From contig OY759316.1 in the NCBI GenBank assembly GCA_963662275.1, forward strand, positions 1,600,001 to 1,664,000: 64,000 nucleotides of DNA, read 5' to 3'. The notes under the pieces were generated by a model. The model did no database searches. It saw only the letters and a list, made by a program, of their open reading frames with translations, and was not told the DNA's origin. A program made the translations under genes and the position numbers. Origin of the DNA: Candidatus Cloacimonadales bacterium. GTDB lineage: Bacteria; Cloacimonadota; Cloacimonadia; Cloacimonadales; DAONDQ01. Below, piece by piece: positions 49,257-60,112 of this stretch (its first letter is position 1; each line of letters begins with the position of its first letter).

Positions 49257-51308
49257 TTATTCTTGTTCCTTGTAGGCGGCTATAACCTTCTGCGCCAATT
49301 CGTCAGGAACCTTCTCGTAATGTGAGAATTTCTGCAGGAATCTTCCACGTCCCTGGGTTAGGGATTTCAAAATGGGGAAGTATCCAAACAACTCTGCAGC
49401 CGGTAAATGAGCACTTAGTAATTGTTTTTTACCTTTCTGCTCCATACCCAGGATCTTTCCACGCCTGGTGGAAATATCGCCCATGATATCACCCATATAT
49501 TCACTAGGTGTGATTATGACAATTTCATGAATTGGTTCAAGGAGTATTGGCTTCGCTTGTGTAAAGCCATTCTTCAAAGCCATTGAGGAAGCAATCTTGA
49601 ATGCCATTTCTGAAGAATCCACATCATGATAACTTCCGAAATATACATCAACACTGATATCAACAACCTGGTAACCGGCAACGATACCCTTTTCCATTGT
49701 CTCAACAACACCCTTTTCAATAGCAGGGATGAAGTTTGAAGGAATGGTTCCACCAACGACAGAGTTGATGAATTTGAAGCCTTCACCACGTGGAGTTGGA
49801 TTGATACGGATGTAAACATCACCATACTGACCCTTTCCTCCGGATTGCTTTTTATGCTTGTAATTCACGTCTGCACTGCCCATGATCGTTTCTTTATAAG
49901 GGATACGTGGTTCTTTTAATTCAGCTTCCACTTTGTAACGGTTCTTCATTTTCTTCAGAACTAAAGCGATCTGCTGTTCACCCATACCGGAAATGATGTT
50001 TTCATGTGTTTCTGCATTCATGAATAAGGAAATAGTAGGATCTTCACCCATAACACGGGTCAAGGCACTACCTATCTTATCTTCATCAGCCTGGTTTGAG
50101 GCTTTGATTGCCTGCCAGAATACTGGAGTAGGCCATTCAACAGGTGGGAAACAGGATTTGCCGTTTAAATTTACGATTGTGGTTAATGACTTTGCTACCT
50201 TAAGCTTTACAAGAGCACCGATTTCACCGGCACGAAGTTCACTTGCATCAGAGCGGTTTTTACCTAAAATATAGGTAATATTTCCTACTTTATCTTTGCT
50301 GTCCTTTTCCGGGATATAAACATCCATACCTGATTTGATCGTGCCTGAATACATACGTATATAGGCAACGTCACCCATGTTAGGATCAGCATAGGTTTTG
50401 AAGATATAACCGAGAACTTCACCATCTGGAGAACCCACGATTGTAGAGGCTTTATCATTGGTTAAAACAGACACTTCTTTTTTATCATAAGCCGATGGTA
50501 AGTATTCCACGATGGCATCCAGGAGGGATTTGATACCGACTGAAGAACCTGCTGAACAGACAAAAGCTGGTATTAAAGCACCATCAGCAATTGCTTTCTT
50601 GGTTCCGCGTGTCAGTTCCTCATTTGATAATTCACCGTTTTCGAAATACTTATTCAGAAGGTCTTCATCCGTTTCAGCGACAGCTTCCATTAATACATGT
50701 CGAGCTTCCTCCACATGTGATTCCATTTCAGCAGGGATTGGCTTTTCCACATCATGAACAAATGCCTTCATCTTAATAAGATCTACAACACCTTCAAAAG
50801 TGTTTTCTTTACCGATGGGAAGAAATATTGGCACTGCATGAACATCAGAATTTTCCCTGATGATCTCAAGAATTTTATCAAAATCAGCATGCTCATTATC
50901 CATCCGGTTGATGATGAATGCTTTGCTGATCTTTTTATCTTCCAGTAATTCCAGGGATAATTCAAGACCGACTTCAAAGCCACCTGCTGCATTGGCTACA
51001 ATCATTGCCGTCTCGACTGCTGTGGCAGCACATATCTGTTCACCCAGGAAATCCGGATAACCCGGAGCATCAACAAGATTGATACGAGCATCTTTCCAAT
51101 CAATATGGCAAACTGCAAGCGCAATAGACATTTTTCGCGCTATTTCTTCAGGATCAAAATCCATGACTGTATTGCCTTCATCAACTTTGCCAACACGAGT
51201 TGTCATGCCGGATGCATGTAATAACTGTTCAGTCAGAGTGGTCTTACCAGCTCCGCTTGCACCCAGAAAGGCAATGTTCCGGATGTGCTTCATATCGTAA
51301 TTCTTCAT
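49257..51308 (-). CDS. fusA: Elongation factor G paralog (EF-G2 type)
   Basis: Full EF-G architecture (GMGEQ, PYKETI, KKQSGGKGQY, GSYHDVDSSE, PILLEP) with divergent G motifs GASGAGKTT, DAPGYPDF, INRMD; not in an rpsL-rpsG context. Confidence 0.9.
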   Translation of the reverse strand: MKNYDMKHIRNIAFLGASGAGKTTLTEQLLHASGMTTRVGKVDEGNTVMDFDPEEIARKMSIALAVCHIDWKDARINLVDAPGYPDFLGEQICAATAVETAMIVANAAGGFEVGLELSLELLEDKKISKAFIINRMDNEHADFDKILEIIRENSDVHAVPIFLPIGKENTFEGVVDLIKMKAFVHDVEKPIPAEMESHVEEARHVLMEAVAETDEDLLNKYFENGELSNEELTRGTKKAIADGALIPAFVCSAGSSVGIKSLLDAIVEYLPSAYDKKEVSVLTNDKASTIVGSPDGEVLGYIFKTYADPNMGDVAYIRMYSGTIKSGMDVYIPEKDSKDKVGNITYILGKNRSDASELRAGEIGALVKLKVAKSLTTIVNLNGKSCFPPVEWPTPVFWQAIKASNQADEDKIGSALTRVMGEDPTISLFMNAETHENIISGMGEQQIALVLKKMKNRYKVEAELKEPRIPYKETIMGSADVNYKHKKQSGGKGQYGDVYIRINPTPRGEGFKFINSVVGGTIPSNFIPAIEKGVVETMEKGIVAGYQVVDISVDVYFGSYHDVDSSEMAFKIASSMALKNGFTQAKPILLEPIHEIVIITPSEYMGDIMGDISTRRGKILGMEQKGKKQLLSAHLPAAELFGYFPILKSLTQGRGRFLQKFSHYEKVPDELAQKVIAAYKEQE

Positions 51309-51383
51309 ATTTCCCCCGTAGGTGTTTATCATTTTATTGAATGTCAATAATGAAATGGACGGTTTTGTTGTCAATATAAGATA

Positions 51384-51502
51384 GCGGAAGGTGTCAGGGG
51401 TCAGGTGCTAGGTGTTAGGTGCTAGGTTCTAGGTTCTAGGTGCCAGGTACTAGGTGCGAGGAACTATTCCTCCCTTCAGATGAAGGGAGGTGACCTTTAG
51501 GT
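51384..51502 (+). repeat. GCGGAAG-capped heptamer tract (11 units) plus palindrome truncated by IS21
   Basis: GGTGTCA...GGAACTA units at 51390-51466, then CCTCCCTTCAGATGAAGGGAGGTGACCTTTAGGT, matching the reverse complement of about 21910-21947. Confidence 0.85.
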
Positions 51503-51669
51503 TGAATAATATTATGAATTTGAGCCATGAGTATTCCCAAGTTGAGCCAGTGCTCCACTATAATTGAGCCAGGGAATATTCTACTTTGAGCCACCTTGCA
51601 TAAATCAGAGTGTGATTAACCATGTGGCAATGCGCTGAAGAGCGCAAATAACACAATGGAGGTCACAAA

Positions 51670-53222
51670 ATGACCAATTATCGAGAAATCTTGCGTTTAC
51701 AGGCGCAAGGAATTAGTGAAAGGAATATTGCTCAAAGCCTGCCGTGCTCCCGCAATACCGTATCCAAGGTGCTGAGGGCAGCAGCCCAACAAGCTGTTTT
51801 CTGGCCAATTTCTGATACAATTAGTGACAGGGAATTGGGGAAGATGCTATTTCCCATTGTAAATATCGAAGGTTGTCGCAGGATGCCTGATTTTGAGCAT
51901 ATTCACAAGGAATTGGGTAAAAGCGGTGTAACCTTGTCGTTGTTATGGCATGAATATTCGGAGTTATGCCGTCAGAATCAGACGATACCCTATCAATACA
52001 GTCGATTCTGCGAGCTTTACACGGAATATGCTCATCAAACCAAGGCAACCATGCGCATTCATCACAAGCCGGGTGAGAAGCTTGAGGTTGATTGGGCAGG
52101 TCAATCTGCGTATTTGACAAACAATCTTACCGGGGCACAGCTTAAAGTTCCAGTCTTTGTCGCTGTTTTGCCCTATAGTGGCTATGCTTATGTTGAAGCA
52201 CTTCCCAATATGAGTCTGTGTAACTGGATTCAGGCTCATGTAAACTGTTTTCAATATATGAGCGGAGTGGCAAAAATACTGGTACCTGACAACCTCAAGA
52301 CTGGTGTGGAGCGGGTATCCAGTGGAGGCAGTGTAATCAACAGGACATATAATGAACTGGCTAATTACTACAATACAGTGGTCATCCCTGCCAGGGTCAG
52401 GCATCCCAAGGATAAGGCAAGTGCTGAAGGGACAGTAGGTATTATCTCGACCTGGATTCTGGCTGCTCTTCGCAACAGGAGTTTCTTCTCGCTTAGAGAA
52501 CTCAATAAGGCAATCAGGGAAAAGTTGGCTGAATTTAACAGTAAGCCTTTCAGCCTTTCCAGGTCAAAGATGGCTCCCGTGAAAGCGTATTTTGGCAAGA
52601 AGAACGAGAGCAGCTGCTTCCCTTGCCGGAGGCGGCTTATGAACTGGCTACATGGGCTACAGCAACGGTTGGTTACAACTATCACATTATGGTTGATAAG
52701 AAGTATTATTCAGTGCCTTATGAATATATCCACCACAAAGTGGATATTCGCCTAACCGCCAGGGTGGTGGAGGTCTTTTACAATTCAGTCAGAATAGCCT
52801 CCCACAGGGGCTTGGAGGGAAACTCTGAGCGATATCAGACCAATGCCGAGCATATGCCCAGGGATCATCAGGAATACCGTAAATGGGATGCAGAAAGTTT
52901 TGTTGACTGGGCTTGTACTATTGGAACAAGCACTGAGTTGGTAATCAAGTCAATCCTGGGATCATGCAGGGTTGAACAGCAAGGTTATCGCACTTGCATG
53001 GCTGTGCTAAGCGCTTCAAAAAAGTATGGCTGTCAAAATTTGGAAAGTGCCTGTCAACGAGCATTAAGCTATACGCCAAATCCGAGTTACAGGATCATCA
53101 AGACTATTCTAAACTCAAATGAACAGAAGAGAAGCACCGATAATGATGCTGAAGCGGTGCAAAGCTCAGAGTATGCCATCAGCCGGGAATCAGGTTACTA
53201 CGGGAGAAACGAAAATGACTAA
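51670..53222 (+). pseudogene. istA: IS21 transposase, frameshifted by an 8-bp duplication
   Basis: HTH start, PGEKLEVDW, VPDNLKT, PKDKASAEG; C-terminal half (YYSVPY..VDIR..VEVF..RIASH) continues in another frame after AGCCTTTC-AGCCTTTC. Confidence 0.88.
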
Positions 53223-53970
53223 TAATACTACTATCATTAAACTTCGAGAGATGCTGTTAAATGGCATGGCAGATGCCTACCGAAATCAGGTTAACGATAA
53301 ATCACTGGAAAACTACAGCTTTGACGAGCGCTTTGGCATGCTGGTTGATATAGAATGGGATAAGCGCAAGAATAATAGGCTTAAACGTCTGATTCACGGT
53401 GCCGGCTTCAAGTTCAGTAATGCGAGTATAGCAGATATTGACTACCATGAAGACAGGAAACTTGATCGTAGTGCAATCGTTGAATTGGCGTCATGTTCTT
53501 TTATTGGAGAGAATGAGAATATCATCATCACCGGAGCATCGGGAAGCGGTAAAACATGGCTGGCTTGCGCATTTGGCATAGCTGCCTGCAAGAAATACTT
53601 CACTGTAAAATACGTCCGCCTGCCTGAACTGTTGGATGACCTCGCTGTTAGTCGTTGTGAAGGCGGGCATCAAAGAGTCATAGACAGATATGCCAATGCT
53701 AAACTGCTGATACTTGATGAATGGCTGTTAACCAGGATAAACGAACAGGAAGCTAAAGATCTCTTTGAAATAGTCGAGATGAGGTATTCCAAAGCATCTA
53801 CGGTCTTGTGCTCTCAGTTCAAAACCGGAGGATGGCACGAGAAGATTGGACAACCCACTCTCGCTGATGCCATCCTTGACCGGCTTGTTCATAACTCTCA
53901 CCATATATTTATCGATGGGAAGATGTCAATGAGAGAACGCAAGGGAATAAAACAAATCAATAGAAAATAG
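53215..53970 (+). CDS. istB: IS21 helper ATPase
   Basis: GASGSGKTWLA, LLILDEW and ADAILDRLVH motifs; ATG53215 overlaps the istA stop. Confidence 0.93.
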   Translation: MTNNTTIIKLREMLLNGMADAYRNQVNDKSLENYSFDERFGMLVDIEWDKRKNNRLKRLIHGAGFKFSNASIADIDYHEDRKLDRSAIVELASCSFIGENENIIITGASGSGKTWLACAFGIAACKKYFTVKYVRLPELLDDLAVSRCEGGHQRVIDRYANAKLLILDEWLLTRINEQEAKDLFEIVEMRYSKASTVLCSQFKTGGWHEKIGQPTLADAILDRLVHNSHHIFIDGKMSMRERKGIKQINRK

Positions 53971-54192
53971 CCTATTGCCCATTAGGCGCAACGTTCCGGC
54001 TGCTGCTTCGCTCGGACTACGTCCTCTCTCCGCAGCAGCCGGAACAGAATCTTGCCAAACACTGCAGATATTATGTTATATGGCGATCAGATACGTAGTG
54101 TGGCTCAAAAAGACAATATAGTATGGCTCAATTATAGTGGAGCACTGGCTCAACTTAATCGGACAAGGTGGCTTTTCTGAGCGGAATATGCA

Positions 54193-54873
54193 GATTCTGG
54201 GATTCAGTATCGGAGACAGTGAGAGCGAGAGCAGTTGGGGAGATCTTTTTGCCTCTCTGAAAAGTCGGGGATTGCAGGGAGTGAAAATGATAGTTTCAGA
54301 TGCACATACAGGAATTAGAAAAGCGATGTCCCGTTATTTTCAGGGTACCGCCTGGCAGAGGTGCAGAGTACACTTTATCAGGGAATTGGGTAACAGGGTA
54401 ACAAACCGCCATCGCAAGGAACTAGCGGAGGATATCCGTTCCGTATTCAAGAGTGACAGGAAAAATATCTGTATGCTGGTTGCAGAAGAAGTGGCGGAAA
54501 AATGGTCAAAGAGAAGTCCTTCCGTGAGCAAAAACCTGTTGGCGGGGATTGAAGATTGCCTAACGACAAAAGGTCTTCCTCCCCTACATGAACTTCGCCT
54601 GTCCAGTACCAATATGCTGGAAAGACTGATGAGGGAATGCAAGCGCAGGACGAGAGTCGTAAGTATTTTTCCAAATGAAGCATCCTGTTTGAGATATATA
54701 GGCATGCTGCTGATAGAAACGCATGAAAGCTGGTTACAGGAAAGAATAACAGGTACATATATTGGAAAAAAAGTAGATTGCCGGAAGCTAAATTTCAGCA
54801 AAATAAAACAGAGTGCGTAGGTGGTAACTTCAATGATCCCTACTCGAATTTACAGAAAACTATGGACACAACT
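54193..54873 (+). mobile_element. 5'-truncated IS256-family element (C-terminal transposase half plus right end)
   Basis: ILGFSIGDSESE..W...LKSRGL.GV...VSDAH.G, WQRCRVHF, STNMLERL.RECKRR, IFPNEASCLR (stop 54820); TTTACAGAAAA..GGACACAAC terminal motif (end approximate). Confidence 0.85.
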
Positions 54874-54897
54874 TTGTGGACTAAGACACGACTGATG

Positions 54898-55316
54898 CGC
54901 CATCTTATTTGGAGCGCCATCTATCTTGATGGTGCTACGTGCTCTTTCCAGAGGACGTATTGTCTGGAGTTTCCGCAGGCATACGTGGGCAAAATAGCCC
55001 ACATAGCACCACCAGTATAGGTGGCGCCCCATGCCTGGAGCGCTATTTTATTTGGAGCGCCATCTATCTTGATGGTGCTACGTGCTCTTTCAGAGGACGT
55101 ATTGTCAGGAGTTTTCGGAGGCATACGTGGGCAAAATAGCCCACATAGCACCACCAGTATAGGTGGCGACCCATGACTGGAACGCCATTTTATTTGGAGT
55201 GCCATCTTTTCAGATGGTGCTACGTGCTCTTTCCAGAGGACGTATTGTCTGGAGTTTCCGCAGGCATACGTGGGCAAAATAGCCCACATAGCACCACCAG
55301 TATAGGTGGCGCTCCA
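54898..55316. repeat. Three tandem ~143-bp multi-hairpin units (REP-doublet/REPIN-like array)
   Basis: TTTGGAG anchors at 54908, 55051 and 55193; each unit bounded by inverted copies of TGGAGCGCCAYC-N6-GRTGGTGCTAYGTG. Confidence 0.9.
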
Positions 55317-55649
55317 GAAGCATTACTTAACAAGTACCAGTTCCTGTTTATATGCTTCCCGCTACAGCTTAACATGCAAAATAAACACCGGAAACTACTG
55401 ATGATTTGTCATCATTTACTAATCTTGATTTATACTTAGGTAAGGGCATACAAAATTCGGCAAAGGTTGAAGATTAGAGGAAGTTCTCACTTTGCTTACA
55501 TTTTCATCATTGAAAGAAGAAGAATGGATACAATGCAATGTAAAAAGATATTAAATATGAGTCAAATATGTTGACAGATGGCATGTTATTTTCAAAATAA
55601 AATTACTAGTCGGGAAATAGAGAAAGATTATCCTTCTTAAGGAGTCGAA

Positions 55650-56900
55650 ATGGATAGGGATATTTCCGGAATCCAGAAGCATCAGAAAATCAGAAAGCTT
55701 ATTATTATTATATTCAGCATTTTGCTTCTATTGCTGATTCTACGTTTTTATGTCATTTCCGTGATTAATTTTGCCCGGGTCAATAGGAATGATATTGAAA
55801 TCGCAAAGGTATATCAAGGCAATCTCGAAGGTTCATTTACTACTGAAGGGACAATAACTCCTGTGAAAATGTACCAGGTGGAAGCTACACTTGGCGGGAA
55901 AATAGAGAAAATAAAGAAAAATACCGGAGACAGGATTCATGCCGGTGAGACACTTCTTGTTCTCAGTAATGATGACCTGCAATTAAGCTTGATCACCCAG
56001 GAAACAGCAGTGACGGAGCAGGAGAATAATCTTAACAACGCCAAGATTGTACGCAATCAAAATAAATTAAGCAATAAGCGTTTGATAGCAGAGGCTCGTA
56101 ACAATTTGAGTAAAACAAGTCGGGATGTCAAATCCCAGCAGTCTCTTTATAAAAAAGGCTACATTCCTACAGACGACTATAATCAAATTTTGGATGACAA
56201 TAAACTAGCCGAAACGAATTATGAATGCCTGCTGGAAGAAGCAAAGTCAGATTCTCTTTTCAGGGAACAGCAAATATCACAATTGCAGCAGTCTCTTACA
56301 CAGATTAGACGCAGCATGGATCAAGTACGTTCACGCATCAATGGTTTGGTGATAAAAGCTCCTATCGATGGTGTCATCACGGAAATGGACCTGGTTCCAG
56401 GGCAAATGGTAGCAATGGGTTCAAAGATAGCTGTGATTGAAGATACTGATCATTACTTTGTACAAGCTAAGGTTGACCAGTACTATCTACCTCAGCTCAA
56501 TCTGAATTGTAAAGCACGTATTCAGCTTGATAACCGGGAAATATGGCTAACTATTTCCAAAATACAACCCAAGCTCTCCAATCAGAATATACTTGTTGAC
56601 CTGGTTGGCACTCTTTCAGCAGATATCAAATCAGGACAGACTGTCACTGTTGACATCATTGCCAATACCATTCCCAATGTACTTATCCTTCCGCAAGGAC
56701 AATATCTCATCGATTCAGCCTCTAAGTGGGTTTTTGTTATTAAACCCGGTGGTCACAAAGTAGAGAAAAGACAGGTTACCTTCGGTTCCCGTAATATGAA
56801 AGAGATTCAAGTCACATCCGGTTTAAAAGAGGGGGAAGAGGTGATAGTATCTTCCTACAGGGATTGGCTTAACAAACAAGCACTTATCATTAAGAAATAG
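55650..56900 (+). CDS. Efflux periplasmic adaptor subunit (MacA/HlyD-like)
   Basis: N-terminal TM, GGKIEKI...GDRI..GETL, coiled coil, IKAPIDG, SGLKEGEEVI. Confidence 0.9.
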   Translation: MDRDISGIQKHQKIRKLIIIIFSILLLLLILRFYVISVINFARVNRNDIEIAKVYQGNLEGSFTTEGTITPVKMYQVEATLGGKIEKIKKNTGDRIHAGETLLVLSNDDLQLSLITQETAVTEQENNLNNAKIVRNQNKLSNKRLIAEARNNLSKTSRDVKSQQSLYKKGYIPTDDYNQILDDNKLAETNYECLLEEAKSDSLFREQQISQLQQSLTQIRRSMDQVRSRINGLVIKAPIDGVITEMDLVPGQMVAMGSKIAVIEDTDHYFVQAKVDQYYLPQLNLNCKARIQLDNREIWLTISKIQPKLSNQNILVDLVGTLSADIKSGQTVTVDIIANTIPNVLILPQGQYLIDSASKWVFVIKPGGHKVEKRQVTFGSRNMKEIQVTSGLKEGEEVIVSSYRDWLNKQALIIKK

Positions 56901-56908
56901 GGTGGAAT

Positions 56909-59323
56909 ATGCTGCTCCATGATTTTAAAAATGCTTTCCATACTTTAAGAAATGAGAAACTCAATTCAGGCATCGCTATAGGAGGCTTGGCAATCGGCTT
57001 ATTAGCTGCTTTTTTTCTTACATCTTACTGTTTGTACTTTTTCAATTATGACCGTAATGTTACTAATCCTGATCAATGGTATAGACTAAGATTAACAACC
57101 ACTTCCCCCACAGATGGCGAACAAAATTACAGCGGGTTTTATTTAGATACAGCAGGGATTATGATTCATGAGATTCCTGCTATTTCAGATTATATCATTC
57201 AATGGGATTTGGGACTCGGGGTTAACTTCAGTTGTGATGGAAAAACATTGCCAATTGGTACCCAAACTCTTGTGACACCAAGTTTCATAGATCACTACAA
57301 GTTGAGATTTATCTACGGTGATCGCGATACTTTGTTCAGCAGTGAGAAGAATTTCATTATCAGCGAATCATTCTCAAAGAGAAACTTCGGAAACATCAAT
57401 CCTGTAGGAAAGGTCGTGTCTATCTTTCATCATCCTGCTTTTATCATTTCAGGTGTCTTCGAAGACTTACCGCCAAACTTGCATCTACGGAGTGATGTTT
57501 ACAGGAAAGTAAAGCCTCAAATGAATAAAGCGGATTCTACAAATGACTATATAAATAGAGTTCCGGTTCAAGTACGAATTCAAAATCCTGCAGATGTGCC
57601 TAAAGTGGAACAGGCTTTCAATGCTCTCTTTGTGAAGAATCCTTTCTTTGGAGATACAACAGATAGGAAAACTGTCAAACTCGATCCTGTGACACGCATT
57701 CACTATATGGCTGGACTCCATGACGACCAACCTACTGTTAACCGCTCAAATTTCCTTGCAGTCATGATCATTGGCATCCTTATCCTGCTGGCAGCAATCC
57801 TCAATTTCCTCAATTTAATGATGTTATCATGGCAGAAACGTAACTCCGAATTTACATACAGAAGAGCTGTAGGTGCTGCTCGAAGTGATATTCTTTCGCA
57901 ATTACTGACCGAGTATTTATTTGCTTTCCTCATTGCTGTCATTATCAGCCTGGTTCTTTATACCTTAGTTATCAGTCTATTTGCTAACTTCGTAGGACTT
58001 GATCTGCATTCATACACTTTAAACCAGGGAATGCTGCCGCTTTATACAACTCTAATCTTACTGGTTGCAGGCTTTGGAACAGACCTCATGGCAGCGCATC
58101 GGTTTGCTGGTAAATTTCTCTTTAAAGAAGAAGATCTTTATCGGAATAAAGAAACAGGCAGTTATGCGGTGCTTTTTATCCAAACAGTGATCGGTTTCCT
58201 GTTCATTACGCTTGCCTTATTAACGAGCTATCAAATGGCATTTATTTTTCATCATAACCTGGGTTTTGATGCTAAAAATACAGTTCAATATTTCTATGTT
58301 ACTCTTCTCAACCAGCCGGATAGACCTCAATTTTATGATGGAAATGTGCTTCGAAGTCGTATCAGGGCAATTCCGGGAGTCATAAAAGAAAGTGCTTCAG
58401 AGTTTAGTATTGCAGCAGATAGGTTCAGTAGGCAAGCTAATTTTCAAGAAGGTAAGGTTATCTTGCAGGACAAATTTAATCAGAGAAGGATTCCCATCTT
58501 ATGTATCGGAGCTGCTTCTGATTTTATAGCAAAAAGAAATATCAAATTACTTCAAGGTCGTTTACCGTACAAGGATGCGCCTGACGAGGTGATTATAAAT
58601 CGGACTTTTGCTGAAAAATACTTTCCTCACAGTTCTCCATTGGGAAGCTATCTAAAAGATACTGATACTGGTACTTTACCTGATGATTTTGATACTATCG
58701 TGGGTGTTGTAGATGATGTCTGGTATTTTCCCATGCACAATGTCATGCCTTCGCTCGTGTATTTCTTACATCCGACGAAGTATGATTATTACCAAATTAC
58801 TTATGAGAAAGGCAAAAAACAGGAAGTCATTTCCAAACTTAATAACTTATTCACCGAAATAAGTAAAGATAGGTTGTTAGGATTCAGTAGTGTGGATATA
58901 GCCCAGGAGCAAAAGAAGTTTTACATGGATGATTCCATTTACGTAAGACTAGCAATGCTTTTTGCGTTTCTCATAATCCTGATTTCCGGAATGGGGATTT
59001 ATGCCGTCAGTTCCTTACATATCAGGCGCCAAATGAAGGACATAGCTATCCGTAAAGTATGTGGTGCTGAATTCAAAGACCTCTTTCGCCATTATATGAA
59101 AAACTATTTGCTATTGATTATTGCAGCAGGTGTAACAGGATTATTTGTAGCTTATTATCTGTTTAAGCTCTTTCAGGACAGATTTATTCTGCATCCGACA
59201 TATCCCTGGTTTTTCTATCCGATCAGCATAGCAATTGTGTCAGCACTTGTTTTGGTGCCTCTCTATTTCAACTTGCTCAAAGCTTGGAAATCGGATCCAA
59301 ACCGTTACCTTCAATCTGAATAA
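56909..59323 (+). CDS. ABC transporter permease (MacB/FtsX type, duplicated)
   Basis: GLAIG, periplasmic domains, two FtsX motifs (RNSEFTYRRAVGA, KDIAIRKVCGA), C-terminal DP...L.SE. Confidence 0.9.
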   Translation: MLLHDFKNAFHTLRNEKLNSGIAIGGLAIGLLAAFFLTSYCLYFFNYDRNVTNPDQWYRLRLTTTSPTDGEQNYSGFYLDTAGIMIHEIPAISDYIIQWDLGLGVNFSCDGKTLPIGTQTLVTPSFIDHYKLRFIYGDRDTLFSSEKNFIISESFSKRNFGNINPVGKVVSIFHHPAFIISGVFEDLPPNLHLRSDVYRKVKPQMNKADSTNDYINRVPVQVRIQNPADVPKVEQAFNALFVKNPFFGDTTDRKTVKLDPVTRIHYMAGLHDDQPTVNRSNFLAVMIIGILILLAAILNFLNLMMLSWQKRNSEFTYRRAVGAARSDILSQLLTEYLFAFLIAVIISLVLYTLVISLFANFVGLDLHSYTLNQGMLPLYTTLILLVAGFGTDLMAAHRFAGKFLFKEEDLYRNKETGSYAVLFIQTVIGFLFITLALLTSYQMAFIFHHNLGFDAKNTVQYFYVTLLNQPDRPQFYDGNVLRSRIRAIPGVIKESASEFSIAADRFSRQANFQEGKVILQDKFNQRRIPILCIGAASDFIAKRNIKLLQGRLPYKDAPDEVIINRTFAEKYFPHSSPLGSYLKDTDTGTLPDDFDTIVGVVDDVWYFPMHNVMPSLVYFLHPTKYDYYQITYEKGKKQEVISKLNNLFTEISKDRLLGFSSVDIAQEQKKFYMDDSIYVRLAMLFAFLIILISGMGIYAVSSLHIRRQMKDIAIRKVCGAEFKDLFRHYMKNYLLLIIAAGVTGLFVAYYLFKLFQDRFILHPTYPWFFYPISIAIVSALVLVPLYFNLLKAWKSDPNRYLQSE

Positions 59324-59337
59324 ATTCGGGAGAATAT

Positions 59338-60000
59338 ATGGTAAAATTAACAGATATCAGCAGAGTCTTTAGGACTGATACAGTGGAAACAACTGCCTTG
59401 AATCATATCAATTTGCATATAGAAAAAGGTGCCTTCATTGCAATCAAAGGTCCTTCCGGATGCGGGAAATCAACATTGTTGAATATCCTGGGATTGATGG
59501 ATAAACCAACTTCCGGTCAACTTGTGCTCAATGGAAAAGAGACCTTTGTTATGAAAGAAAAGGAACGTAATTTCCTGCGCAAGCATACGATTGGCTTTGT
59601 TTTCCAGAAATTCAACCTCATTGATTCATTGACCATATTTGAGAACGTGGAATTACCCTTACTTTATCTACGGCAAAGTGCGGATAAAAGAAAGAAAGCA
59701 GTCCTTGAAGTTTTAGAACAGCTTGAACTTGGACACAGAACAAAGCATTACCCTTACCAGTTATCTGGTGGACAGCAACAAAGAGCTGCTATGGCACGTT
59801 GCCTTGTTTCCAATCCTGAACTTATCCTGGCTGACGAACCCACAGGTAACTTGGATTCTGAGAATGGAATGCAAGTCATGCATCTTCTTCAGCAAATGAA
59901 TCAAAATGGCAAGACGATCATCATGGTGACTCATGATGACAACTATGCTAAATTTGCTTCACGAATATTGTATTTGTTCGATGGAGAGTTCAATTCATAA
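59338..60000 (+). CDS. ABC transporter ATP-binding protein (MacB/LolD-like)
   Basis: [27 protein letters not shown] and VTHD motifs. Confidence 0.93.
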   Translation: MVKLTDISRVFRTDTVETTALNHINLHIEKGAFIAIKGPSGCGKSTLLNILGLMDKPTSGQLVLNGKETFVMKEKERNFLRKHTIGFVFQKFNLIDSLTIFENVELPLLYLRQSADKRKKAVLEVLEQLELGHRTKHYPYQLSGGQQQRAAMARCLVSNPELILADEPTGNLDSENGMQVMHLLQQMNQNGKTIIMVTHDDNYAKFASRILYLFDGEFNS

Positions 60001-60112
60001 TGAACAGTCTCTACCCATTCGCTGCATATTTAGATGAGTTTTACTTGACAGATACATTTCATGAGCAAATTCTCTGTTTTCAAGTGTATGTAACTACATA
60101 AAGGAATTGTTT

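Larger units (their letters stand above)
51503..54192 (+). mobile_element. IS21-family insertion sequence
   Basis: TG...CA ends (TGAATAAT / ATATGCA); multiple TTGAGCCA subterminal repeats, including AAGTTGAGCCAGTGCTCCACTATAATTGAGCCA shared in inverted form by both ends; istA/istB inside. Confidence 0.9.

Noticed and set aside
52540..52625. Programmed ribosomal frameshift in istA
   Set aside because: No slippery heptamer at the break, and the exact 8-bp duplication fully explains the frame change
54137..54192. Listed start of the 227-aa IS256 ORF
   Set aside because: The first ~19 codons come from the IS21 right end; the true transposase N-terminus is missing
54898..55316. 143-bp array as CRISPR, or as the short ORFs listed over it
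   Set aside because: Sequence between the palindromes is near-identical across units; the ORFs are translations of the repeat on both strands, and a 1-bp indel between units breaks the frame
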